From: Tubulanus polymorphus
Taxonomy: Eukaryota; Animalia; Nemertea
DNA: 64,000 nucleotides
Assembly: GCF_964204645.1 (NCBI RefSeq)
Contig: NC_134026.1
Coordinates: forward strand, 24,896,150-24,960,149
Direction of reading: 5' to 3'
Shown: positions 19,653 to 31,815 of the stretch, in pieces
How the letters are laid out: every line of letters starts with the position of its first letter
How positions within the stretch are numbered: the first letter of the stretch is position 1
Position numbers and translations under genes: made by a program
The notes under the pieces: generated by a model
The model's database searches: none
What the model saw: the letters and a program-made list of their open reading frames with translations, nothing else
What the model was told of the DNA's origin: nothing

Positions 19653-22309
19653 GTTTGTGAAATTTCTGTAATGATAGGATATGATAAGGTTTCACACTCT
19701 AATTAGCGTAGTCTAGCCATTAAAGCCAAAACAAACTGTATCATTTGAGAATCATACTATTCCTAGGATAAAGAAAGCAGGATCTCAGTCTATTTTTTAG
19801 TAGTTTTACAAGGCTACGATAAGGTAACTAACTACAAGGCTGTAGAAATGTGTTGGGGATTAGGGGGGGGCATGATCTAGGCTGTAGTGTAGTACTGGAG
19901 CTACCTCTACAAGATTGTACTGTTTAGTAGTAGTAGGGGCATTTTGATAACATAAATAAAATGGTCTGTTACTGTTATTTAAGAGGTACCGTTTGGGAAA
20001 ACAGTTCGGCACAGTTGTAATTGTCGTCTAAAGAGACGTGTGTGTCACAGGGGCTTGTCACAATTTGATGGTGTGGACTGGTGGACTGTGGTGGTATGGA
20101 TGGAGTCAATAAATTTAATTGAATATTTGTGTTTATCGCCTCACGATCACTACTAATCACGTGTAAGCTTATGCTAATCTAAATGTGACAGGACTCTGAG
20201 AGGGTCTAGAATTTAATGCTTTTTGTAACGCACATTAATGTTTCATGCCCGAGGATTCTGAGATATCATAAATAGCTCTTTTAACACGAAAAATGCTATG
20301 CCTGGAAAAGGCTGTTTTTCAAGCAGCGCCCTCTACACTCACGTACCAGGACGGGTTTCAAATCTCGGTTCCTCCACAGTTACAAACACTTATTAGAATT
20401 TAATTAATGTGATTATAAGAACGATAGTCTCGCGAAACTGGGAATACAGACTCAGCAACAAAACTGTACTGATTCGTACTGAAAAGCCAATCCAAATCCA
20501 GTAATCACTAAATAAGACAAACCATAATGTACATGATGATAATGTGCAATGTATATTTCTATAACAACTTTTACAAGACATTGTATGTACTCTGTTGCAG
20601 GCAATAACAATTTCAATTTACACTCACACACAAAACTTAGAGTTTGATGTCGGAAACTTAATATTATATTCAAATTGGTAAATGTGGTGAAAAAAGATCA
20701 CTAGCCGACAGTTTTTTTTTCTTCGTATGATACATGATTTGATACACTGTCTAACTCGAAAGAAATGTTAAGGTTAAGTAACTAACAATAAAATATTTGA
20801 AGATGAGCTTTTTGATAACAACATTCAGGTTTGATAGAGGGGACCCAACTAATGAGTTAGTGAATATTTTCTAGAGTAGATCACACACTTGTACCAGCTA
20901 GGTTAAAAACTCCATTCACTGTTTCAGATTTATGTTTAAAATGGTGTTTTAGAATTATTAACAAGAAAATATCTAATAATGGCAAAAATTAACATATCTG
21001 AATTGCTCATATATGACACGGTACATGCTACATGTAAAACGTACATATTTCAATAAGTGTTGCAAACTAAAGAATCTTATTCAAGAGGACGGTGCTTTAT
21101 CACCCAGTGATCATGTTGTATACAGCAATCTAAAAGTAAAACAAAATTCCCTGCTTAATAATTTGGTCAGAACACTTTATGATTGAGTAATTGAGGTATC
21201 AAACCTAAAGACAATACATATCTCGCTGTGCAACTATCATTTAGAATAATTCATAGATATGACAACAATAGATAAATAATTGTATCAGTACCTGGTAGGC
21301 CTACATGAACTACGAAGCTACTAAGCATCAAAATCGTGAAATTCAAAGAACTGATTCTTCCGACAATGCAAGGGCACTATCATGAATGGTCTTAGCAATG
21401 ACAGAAAATACTTCACAACTTTTCATATGTCTCATGTTTAACTCAATAAAATAACATAGTGAGGTATGATTTAGAGTACCACATTACTGGCCAGATATGA
21501 AGTGCAAACAGCAAAACATTAAGATTCACACAATTGTTCATCAGAGCTGATCTATTCACATGATTATATCTGGACTGTAGTGTAACCTCCTGATCATTTA
21601 CCTTTTAACATGTGGTAAACAGGTAATTTCATTTTTGACTAGCATCATATTTTGCATTTATATATATTTACATAAACATAACATTTTAAAATGACAGGTG
21701 CTAGCAATACAATTAAGAATGCAAGAGTTATGAAAACAAAGATTTATAGCCGAGATAGAATATTTTTGTAAATAACTTACTCTGTTGCTACTTCTATTTC
21801 TAACTAATCCTGATGAACTTTCAAGTGAAATACCGTACACACGCAGTTGATAACAGACCTTAACCTGCCCATTGTTAAGGTTGCAAATGTGGTTGCCGTT
21901 GACTATTTAAAATCAACAGTATACATGAGATCAGCCCTTTACAACAATGCAGATAATAATATGGGAAATTTTGCGAACAATGTTTTTTAATGGCTGTGCA
22001 TAGTACATATCCACTGAGTCTGCTGAGCACGTGAAATATATCACAAACAGGAATTTTAACAAAAAAGCATCAATTTCATGGCTTGAGATTTAAGATTTAA
22101 GCATATCAATCAAATACAAATCTGACTAGAAAAACCATAAATTGAATACTAACACAAGCAAGAAAGAATTTTAAGTGCTAGCCATAAGAACCACCAAACT
22201 AGATTGTATTTTGGAATGATAACTAGTTATTACAACAACGTAGCAATATAGGCAAAGTGGTTTTAGACCATTCGAAATTAGATCAATTAAATACCACCTG
22301 CATTCCCAT

Positions 22310-25300
22310 TTACAACAATTCAGGTAGACGTAATGCTGGCAAAGTCGAATCTACACAGTTAATCCAAAAGTTAGCACAAGTTACGTGGTATTGTCGTCCA
22401 CCGTACGTCAGTTTATGTTTATCCATTTCTCTGTCAAATGCTTTGCTCCTTGAATCAACATTCAGTAAACACACTCCACAAGCTCTGTGCTGCAACTCAT
22501 CACCATCAGATTTCAAAATACACTTTGAAAAATCCAAGGATAAAATATCAGGCTACAATGAAAGAAATGCAGTATGTCAATCCTGCCACATAGCGTACGA
22601 GCTGTACAGACTTCTGAAATTAATATTACTTCTTACCATCAGGGAACTATTCTGAATAAATGCAGCTACACTGTTCCAACTGACTTCAATATCACTGATG
22701 AGATTATGCAGGTTTTCGTTAGTGACAGCTATAAAGGAACAACAGTCATTCATGAAACAAACCAGTATCTAAGAAATATACATCGCATGTATCTAAGTTA
22801 AACGCTTACCTGATACTCTCATAGCGAGAGACAAACGTTTTACTACTCGGTAAATCTCCACAATTCCTGAAAAAATGTTTTAAGAGAGTACAGTTAATAC
22901 AGTTTTAATACAGTTACAGTCGGAACACTTTGAAGAAAAGATTCTTTTCGTAGATAAATAGAAACTTACCAAGGATATAATCAGAACCTTGTCTCGATTT
23001 GATCACTTCATTACAGACGGATGAACTACTTATTGAATTAAACACATCACTCGCTTTCTGAATGGTTTCTAGACATTTCTTAAGACTGCGTTCCCATTCA
23101 AATGCATGACGTTCAACATTCTAACAAGATTGATTGTTAATGAAATTGGGATAATGCTATCAATTAGCTTATTTTACTTAATTCTGTATCATGTGAGACA
23201 CTTACCATTAAATCATTTCTGGCAGAACTGTAACGATCAAGTAAAACACCATCAGAGAGGAGATCACTAGCATCACGCGGACATTGATTCCAAGAATCTG
23301 TGACAAAATTATTCATCAATCAATTACATTTTGCAACTAAGGAAAAAATCGCAAATACTTTGCATCAGGCAAATACTTTGCATCATATGCCGTTTTGTGA
23401 GTGCTTACCTTCGATATGGGTTTGTTGTGGCTCAGCAGAGCTGAAGCTACCAAAGTTTTCCATACTGCCGGGTGTTTCAGCTGGAGACTGATAAAATGTT
23501 GCTTTCAGATCTAGGCTTTTCACGGACATCTGGTCAGGATTGGACTTTTTACCAGAATCAGCTGAGTTGACGCTAGATATAGACTGATTGTCACCACCGA
23601 GAGAATTCAGATCTTTGGATGAGTCTTTCGTTGGGAATTCAAAACTGGAAACTGATTGCGAGTCCGCAAGAATATCACCAATGATTGCTTCGTTAACAGG
23701 CAATGTGGCAGGAATGTTTGTTTCATTGGATGAACTACTATTGAATAATCCAAGCTTTCCTTTCTTAGTTGGATAGTTGTTATTATAAGATTCCAGTATT
23801 TTTGGGCGGATGTTCTTCGCAGCCCGGGAACCAGCCGTCCAATCAGTAGCCATAACTCCTGACCGCGTATCAGTAAACAGTTCAGAATCGTCTGACGCCG
23901 TGACAGCTTGAGTAGTTCCTGATGACATAAAATCAGAAAATTCTTCATCTTCATCATTGAATGTCAATTCAGGTGGCGCTTCTCGCAGGGTTCCATCGGA
24001 CAATTCAATGTAGCTATTTTCTGGTGACCTATTTTTACCATTCTGCAAACCTCGTTTACTACTGAATGTTCCTACAGCTCCAAATGGACTACTCGGAGTA
24101 GATGATTCTTCAGAATTCTCTTTTTCTATGTTTTCTGTCCAGGTTCTGTTATCAGATACTTCAGGATCTTTACAATCCACTGATTTGAACACGTTCTTTT
24201 CACATTCACCTCCGTTACCATTCGAATCTGCTGACTGAAACTGTGAAAAATCTGCGAAACCTGGTGAATTCGGCTCATCTTTGGTGGTCGCCTCAGAACT
24301 AGAGAATTCATCCCAGATATGACTAGTTGAAGTTTTGTTCGTTTCAGGAATGGTAGCTGGTGTAGAATCATTGTTTGAAGCAAAGAGTGCAGATATTTGA
24401 TTCTTAAATGCTGAATAGTTGTCAATCAGAACACCTGAATTGCCGCTCTCTTTTTGTACATTGCTATTTTTAAGCATTGAAAATTCATCGTTTTGATCGA
24501 CAGACTTCGTAGGTATCACAGGATTTAATTTAGACTCCTCAGGGCTCATGAAAACAGATGAATCAATCTTACTATCTTTCTCCGATGGCTTCTCTACTGA
24601 ACTAAGTGTCCTAAATACTGAATACTTATCACTCGGATCAATAGTTGATTGATCAATTTTGGGAGGAATATTAGCAAAACTCCCACTCAAATTATCACTG
24701 CTTTCAGCTGATTTAAAATCATCAAAATCATCGTCATCATCATCATCAATTGCATAACTGGATGGCAGAGATTTCTGTGAGATTGAATCCATCTTGAAAC
24801 TACCAATTGAACTACCGTCTAAACTCTTCGGACGTTTGGTTGCAATTTCTGTCATCATTCCGATGAAGTTACTAGGTGAGAAAGGAATCGATGTGTTGTT
24901 ATTATTAGGCGATGGTAGAATGGTCGCTGATTCAGTTACTTTGTTTGCCAATTCAGTTATCTTAGAAAATCCACCGATGTCATCATGGATCGTATTTGGA
25001 CGAATGTTTGCTGGTTGTTTTGTTGCCGATCCTGCAATAAACATTCATATTACATTTACAACAAAAATATATATTCATTGAACATTTTTCATTGAACTTT
25101 AAGAACTAGGAGTTCAAGGACACAATACCCACTTGGTGAAATGCTTGACAATCTGAGAATTTCAATATTCAACAGATACAGTAATCAATGACCTTAAAGC
25201 TCACCAAAATCATAGAGCATCTCATGAGCTACAATCTTGCAAGTAATTGTGGTTACAAAATATGCATGGGTGCCAATATTCATATGGAAATACCATATTA

Positions 25301-28300
25301 TTCCACTATTCAACACCCTGGTGAACATACACAGAAAACAATGAATAGAAAAATTACATCTACCCATGGACGAATAGTGAATGCAATAGTCCGCTGGGAC
25401 GTTAGTCCCAGGGCAAGTGGGCTACTTACCTGCTGGTTGGGTACTGGATTGAAATGGGAAATGACTATGTTTCTCTTTTTTTTCATCACTAGAAGAAATG
25501 AAAAATGTCTTTCTCAAAGCATTCAGAAATAAAGTTTTGTACATGTACCATAAAACTTCAAAGGAATTATATATTAAAATGTTGTACATCAATTACCTTT
25601 TCGTTTCAACCTTAAAATCAGCTGGACTAGACACAAATTCCCCGAATGAATCTGAATGTGAAAATAACAAAAATTAAAATTGATCGTTATCTATAAACTG
25701 TATTCCTGTTAGCTGAAACTCACCTGAATTTTGAGCTGAAGTATCAAAATCATGATTGATTTGAGATGTGCTAGATTTAGATGAAATAACAGGGTTTGTT
25801 GGTGGGATAACCTCAGATGACAAAGTAGGTGCAGGTGGAACTTGGGGGGCCATCTGCTGTCCAAGATCAGGGATACATGGCTCGGGATATATGTTGAAGA
25901 TTTGCAGGGAACTAACATCTTGTTTACCCTGAAAATAACATCAAAATAGAAATCAGAACAAGTCGCCCTTCATTAGTTCAGAACGGTAGCAAATTGATTT
26001 CAGATTTACCTGAGCTAGAGCGATAAGAGCAAGCACCATGAACAGCTCTTCTTTGATTAGTTGACCAGGCTGCATTTTATTCGCAATACCCCATATGTGA
26101 CCAAGCAACTCACGAGGCAAATTACTACGAATTAAAATGGAGTACACCATTCCGGTATCGATAAAACCATCCCTAAAATGTAATGAAATATAATTAGCCG
26201 GGAGGAGTTTATAAGTATGAATTACAAGACAACAACCTTTTGACATGCTTTCTTTTTCATCAACATTCACGAATGCATTACCTCAAAGAAGCTTCAAGTA
26301 CTTGATGATAAATAGGTGGCATCTTTGCGTCATGGTAAAATACAGGTGGAATGTGAGATGTCTGATGATGGTTCACTGGAGCAGTAACTACAGTGCTAGC
26401 CGCATTAGTACGATCCGTAATATTAGATGAATCAGACACAGAAGAATCAATCTCACTTGAAATCTGTACTGGTTTCCCTTCTGGTACTGGAGCTATAAAC
26501 AATAAAGGAATTGATCTTGATGAGCAGAATTCTTATCAACTGGTAGGAAGGAATATACTAAAATACCATTTTATCAATGGGCACCAGTAATAATAATAAT
26601 GGTTAATATAAAGTAGTTAGTGACACCATTACCTGGTTTTGGAAGAACAAACAGATTATGTAAGTCTTCCCCATCACCAATCCACTTCCTAGCTTGTCTA
26701 CTCTCTTGGAATGATGTTGAGCGGTTTTGTTTTGGTTGAATTTGTTTCACTGTTGGTTTTTGGAATGCTTTAGCTTTTTTATGAGATTCACTAAGGTCAG
26801 AGCATGCTTTCATCATATCTTCTATACCTTTGTAGAAGAAATGAGTAATGAGAGGTTTAAATGCAAGATAACTGAAGTACTGAAGCCTGTTCCACAGTTG
26901 TGAGTCAGATTTTCAAATCGTAACTGTATAGTTGAACTGGGTCCTGAAACTTGTCACCTTGTGATCACTATGTAACCATTATGAGGGGAGTAATAGAGAT
27001 TATAAGGGAACCAAATAACTTTCATGAGAATTATCAACAGTTCTTCAAAAATGAAAATGAACATCAATTGATAATTTTCATATAATGCTATCATTTTTAA
27101 TATGTATTTAATATGATCTAATATGGCTGTGCTGTATCTGCCTTACCAACTTTTTGTTGAGAATTTTCAACGGGTTTTGGATTATCAAATTTCTGCTGGG
27201 GTGAAACCTCTTGAGCCTCCTAAAAACAGAAAATCATTCAGCTATAGAGAGTGAAACAAGAAAAATGTTTTTTCATTTGAATGTGATGCAATAACAAGGT
27301 TGCCATATTCCCAAATTAGAAATATCATGAACAAACCTGAACAGGGGTATGTTCTGTTTTATCATCTGTAGGTCCTTGTATAAAATCACCAAAATTATCA
27401 TCCAAATCATTTTGTTTCACTTCATTGACATCAACTGAAAAATGTTAATAATACGATGATATCAGCAACCTTAAAGAAAATAACACACATAAAGCAGTGT
27501 GAACCAAGATATTTTACCTTTAACCTTAGGTGCAGCTTTTGGTTCATTTTTCCCTAATATAGCATCAATCATTGAGTTAGCATCACCCAATTTTTGGCTT
27601 CCTCGACCAACTTGCATCAATTTTCTTTGTGTATCCTGAAAATGTCTCTTTTTTATTTCGTCTCCAACATTCTTCACAGGTTGCTGAGAGCCAGGCTTGC
27701 CAGGAGTACTGAAAAGAGATTCATTGATACCAAAAGTCTAAAATTTACATTCATGAAAATTGACTGAGTGAGGGGAGACATTTGTAGGGGGTAATTATCT
27801 AGGGGGCATTTGTCTCGGAGTGGAGTTGTCCTAGAAGAGTCAATTTACACATCTGATTTCAAAATTCACTTCTTTTACCTTTGACGAGCTTGATAGTTCT
27901 GAGCCATCTGAGGTGTATATGCTGGTGGGGCCATGTACATCGGTGTTCGAAATACCTGCTGTTGTGGTACATAGTTCATTCGCCCCTGCAATAAAAAACG
28001 GATAACATGAAAATAAAAGAAAATCAAGATTGAAACGCTGGTTAAAATACGATCGATGTACAACTAAAACTGAATGATTTATCGCACCCGAAGTCCTTTC
28101 AAATGAGTCGAAATCTACAGACATTACCTGTACTCCTGCAGGCCTGTACATTTGTTGATGCATTCCCTGTTGCATCATCATTTGTTGTTGGATATTTTGA
28201 TTCATCGCCCCTTGTTGCATCTGCATTATTCCACGCTGATGTTGCTGCATCATTGGATATTGCTGTTGGATGCCTGTAAATCCTGTATGCTGCTGTTGTT

Positions 28301-29092
28301 GTACCGAATTATTTGGAAACCCAGGAAATACTCCAGAACCTGGATGTGGGTACCTAAGTAGGAGTAAAAAATGGAATACGACTTAAGTAAAACTGTGATG
28401 TGCAAGCAGCAAAGACACTGACTACAGTCTACGTGTATAGACTCATCTAAATTTTCTTTTGTGTTAAATAAATGGCCCATGGATTACAATAGGGTTGGGA
28501 AATTAAACATCATTGAAGAGACAGAGTTTGGCTCCACATTATTAAATTAGTAGCATTTTCTGCATTCAGTGTGAGTCACACCGCAGTTGTTAGAGGAGGA
28601 GACCCTAATAAATGGGACAAATGTGTGGACAGTGGTGGAGACTACTCTTGACTAAAATAGTCTATTTACGCGTAATAATAGCTGGTACCATCTCCTTCAC
28701 ACCTATGTCGACTGCATACGGCAGACTTTTCTCTCTTGAGGTAAACCTTGTAAAAATAGCCCACCCACCCAAAAATCCAAACCTTGGCTTAGCACACAGT
28801 CACTACAGTCTCAGTGACACTGACACTGGTGGACTGGACTGTGGTGGACAGCGACAGGGTCAGTACCACTCTGTCCAGTGTCTGTCTCGACAAAAAAGTA
28901 TTTTTAGGCTGTTGAGTTATCAATCATTCAATCTACGCGTAGTTGAAATTAATTGTAATTTGTTGAAAATTCAGACTAACGATAGCCATGAAATACTAGT
29001 TGATAGTGTCGGATAATCACTATAATAAACCAACGAACAACGAGTATAATGAAAAATTCGAACCCGGAAGTTATTTACCTTCCATCCGCCAT
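22310..29092 (-). CDS. SYNRG: Synergin gamma (AP-1 accessory protein); multi-exon
   Basis: Micro first exon ATGGCGGATGGAAG|gt, Q/M-rich N-terminus, EH domain (SNLPRELLGHIWGIAN), repeated gamma-ear-binding motifs (DFDDF, FADF, EFSDF, NFGDF), and C-terminal ACGVCLLNVD..YHVTCANFWINCV. Confidence 0.92.
27770..27836. repeat. Degenerate GGGG-(A/C)ATT-TGTC tandem repeat relic in a SYNRG intron
   Basis: ggggagacatttgt-agggggtaattatct-agggggcatttgtct-cggagtggagttgtcc shows a ~15 nt period. Confidence 0.4.
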
Positions 29093-29750
29093 GATAGCTT
29101 TTGACATTCGGTACGAACGATTTGAATGGTCGAATCCCAGAATTCCGATCATTTATATACTAATCGATTTTAACACAGTCAATTGATATTCTTTAATTTT
29201 AGACACGCCTAAATAGTTCATGATAAATAAGTGCCGAAAAAATGTTCAGCCTAATGGAATAATAGGAGGGATATGATCATCTGAAATCTTTGGATCTAGC
29301 GCCGCCGCATGCGGATGGCACGTGGCGGATTGGCATCTAAAAATGTACTGGCCACGCCCGAAGTTTCTTACTTAAGTACTCCTTATTTTGAAAGCAACTC
29401 TAAACAAGAGTCTCGAAATTCAGAATTTTGAGCGAGCTTGAGAATTTTTGACGACGTCCATTTTCAGGATATGAAAAATAAGTTACATTAGTTGGGATTC
29501 GAAACCAACCTACGTAGCTCGATGGAACGCTGATCGTCGAAGGTAAGAAAATAATCTTCGGTTTTTATTGAATTCTGAGAGCAATTTGTCTTTGTTTCTA
29601 CATTCACATCTTTTAATTGTATTTAATGCTATATTTTAGATGGAATTTTGAAAGTGTAAATGTCATGAATAGATACAGTATTCGTATTTTCATGTAGTTG
29701 GCGGTATCGATTAGTTAAGCTATGTCCCGATAGATGGCAAAAAAGTGATA
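29093..29750. promoter_or_regulatory. Putative bidirectional promoter and 5' UTRs of SYNRG(-) and MRM1(+)
   Basis: The two ATGs diverge ~660 bp apart. There is a GC-rich patch at 29296-29360, a YY1-like CATGGCGG at the SYNRG start, and a probable MRM1 5' UTR intron (donor AG|GTAAG at ~29543, acceptor at ~29639). Confidence 0.55.
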
Positions 29751-31663
29751 ATGAGTTTGAGCACATGTGTTAAGTGCGCGCGAAAACAGATTTCAATTAA
29801 ATTATATTTCAATCGATGGCTCTACCGCAAGAGCACAATATTAGAAAATGAAAATAAAAGAGGAGGCGAATCAAATGATAGTGGACAGGACCTATTGGAT
29901 TTAGAGGCTGGATTGCATCGTACAAACGTAAAGAAAACATCTACAAAAAACTGGTATAAACCATGGCGACCACATTTAGATAATAAAGAAAAAAACACCG
30001 ATGTTAGATTTATGTCGAGGTACGTATACAGTCTACAGAAACGTGAAAAGAAGAAAAATTCTTAGAAATTTTTTGGAGCTTGAATAAATCAAACTGCAAG
30101 TCTTTTTGATTTTAGAAAGCATGCGAAGCAGTACAACATACAAGGCGAAGTCCTGTTTGGGCGTCATCCAGTTACGCTAGCTTTGAAACGTAAACTACGA
30201 GAAATCTATCAATTATACATATCTGATCAACTGAAAGAATCTGAAAAAGTAGAAATACAGAACATAATACAGCTAGCAGATCAAATGAGCGTTCCTTTCT
30301 GCGTAACGTCTAGTCAAATACTTGATAAACTATCTGCTGGAAGGCCGCATCAGGTACTACAGCCATTCGACATACTTTTACTACTTTTAAATCATAATAC
30401 AATTTATTTGATTTTTGAACAATCCATGATTTTAGGGTATTTGTTTGGATGTTTCAAGCAAGAAATATGAAGCATTTGATGAAGAAAGTCTTTCAAGGTA
30501 GGCCATCTTGTATGATTATTTCATATCGATATATGTGAAATATTGATACATTTATAGGAATAATCAAATGATTGTTGTATCTTTGTGAATTTCAGCCATA
30601 ATATAAATGAACACAGTCCACAGTTGTGGCTGGTCCTTGACAGAATATTGGTATATCTTCATGTCTTAGACAATTTTACCACCATTAAAACTATTTGCAT
30701 TGTTAACCTTACACTCATTTTCTCTGAAGGATCCAATGAATCTCGGTGCCATCATTCGTTCCAGTTATTTCTTTGGAGTTGACAGACTGCTTGCTACCAA
30801 AAGCAGGTTTGCTGCTTTATTTAACATACTCTCGATTTATTGCCTCTTACTCCGTATATAATTGATTCATGCTAGTTTAACTAATGCATATCAAATAGTT
30901 GTAGACTGAGTCCAGTAGTGTGTAAAGCTAGTTCCGGGACGATGGAATTGGTAGATGTATTTCGCGTTGGTGACCTGTCTCATTTCATTAAGGTACGAAC
31001 ACCATTGAATATTGGTGTATGTAAAAACCATGTTTTATAGAAAACATCATTTTCTTTCATTCAGATATGTTCAGGTTTAGGTTGGGATGTCGTCGCGACC
31101 TCGTCTTCATCAGGCGAGACGGCAGATCGTCGAGAGAAAGAAAGATGTGTATCTCTCGATGACTTTCATCTGGACAGAAACACAATTGTTATTTTTGGTA
31201 ACGTTTTATCTGATCGGAATATTTGTAGGATTTATCGTTTGTAACATAAAATAAATGTTTAAGGCTATAAACTGATACTTTGTTTCTCCTAATCGGCCTG
31301 GTCATTTTGTAAAATGTGATAGAATTTGTAATCAGTTCATTCCTACCGGGTCTTTATTGTCAGCTTGATCATGATTTTAGAAAAAGTTATCTACAAGGTA
31401 GATAGGCGGCTGGCCAGGTTAACTTAAGATCAGCAGAAATGAGAAACATGGTATTAAAGATATCTAAATTTATTTTCTCAGGCAACGAAGGAACCGGTTT
31501 GGCGTCTGGTGTATTAAATCTCTGCAGGAAGCTCGTCTACATAGAACCAAATCCTGGAGTTAGTGATAATCTCGAATCTTTAAACGTGTCCGTTTCGGCC
31601 GGAGTTTTGCTTCATAGCTTAACCAGAGTCCGTAGAAAAAAAGACAGAAACAAGTACATGTAA
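29751..31663 (+). CDS. MRM1: Mitochondrial rRNA methyltransferase 1 (SpoU/TrmH SPOUT family); ~8 exons
   Basis: Basic N-terminal presequence-like region, GEVLFGRHPV, GRPHQ|GICLD, LVLDRIL|DPMNLGAIIRSSYFFG, LSPVVCKASSG, GNEGTG and ESLNVSVSAGVLLH. Confidence 0.9.
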
Positions 31664-31815
31664 ACGGAACGATGTGAAATAAATTTTATTAAACAAAGCG
31701 ATAAGGTTTTCTAGTATTGTTAATAAGCATTTGTAATCTCGGGTGTACGTTATCGTGCGCGTATCAAACATAAAACGTGTTTAGTCGAAGCCCTTTCTCC
31801 GATCGGAATTAGTTT

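Noticed and set aside
20345-20376. GGGTTTCAAATCTCGG..CCA resembling a tRNA T-arm
   Set aside because: The T-stem pairs poorly, and there is no D-arm, anticodon arm or acceptor stem.
23588-25081. Overlapping antisense and alternate-frame ORFs in the large SYNRG exon (and similar ones over other genes)
   Set aside because: Shadow ORFs of real coding exons with no independent motifs.
26880-26947. Short imperfect palindrome (..CCTGTTCCACAGTT..AACTGGGTCCTG) in a SYNRG intron
   Set aside because: Possibly a tiny MITE remnant, but too degenerate to support from one copy.
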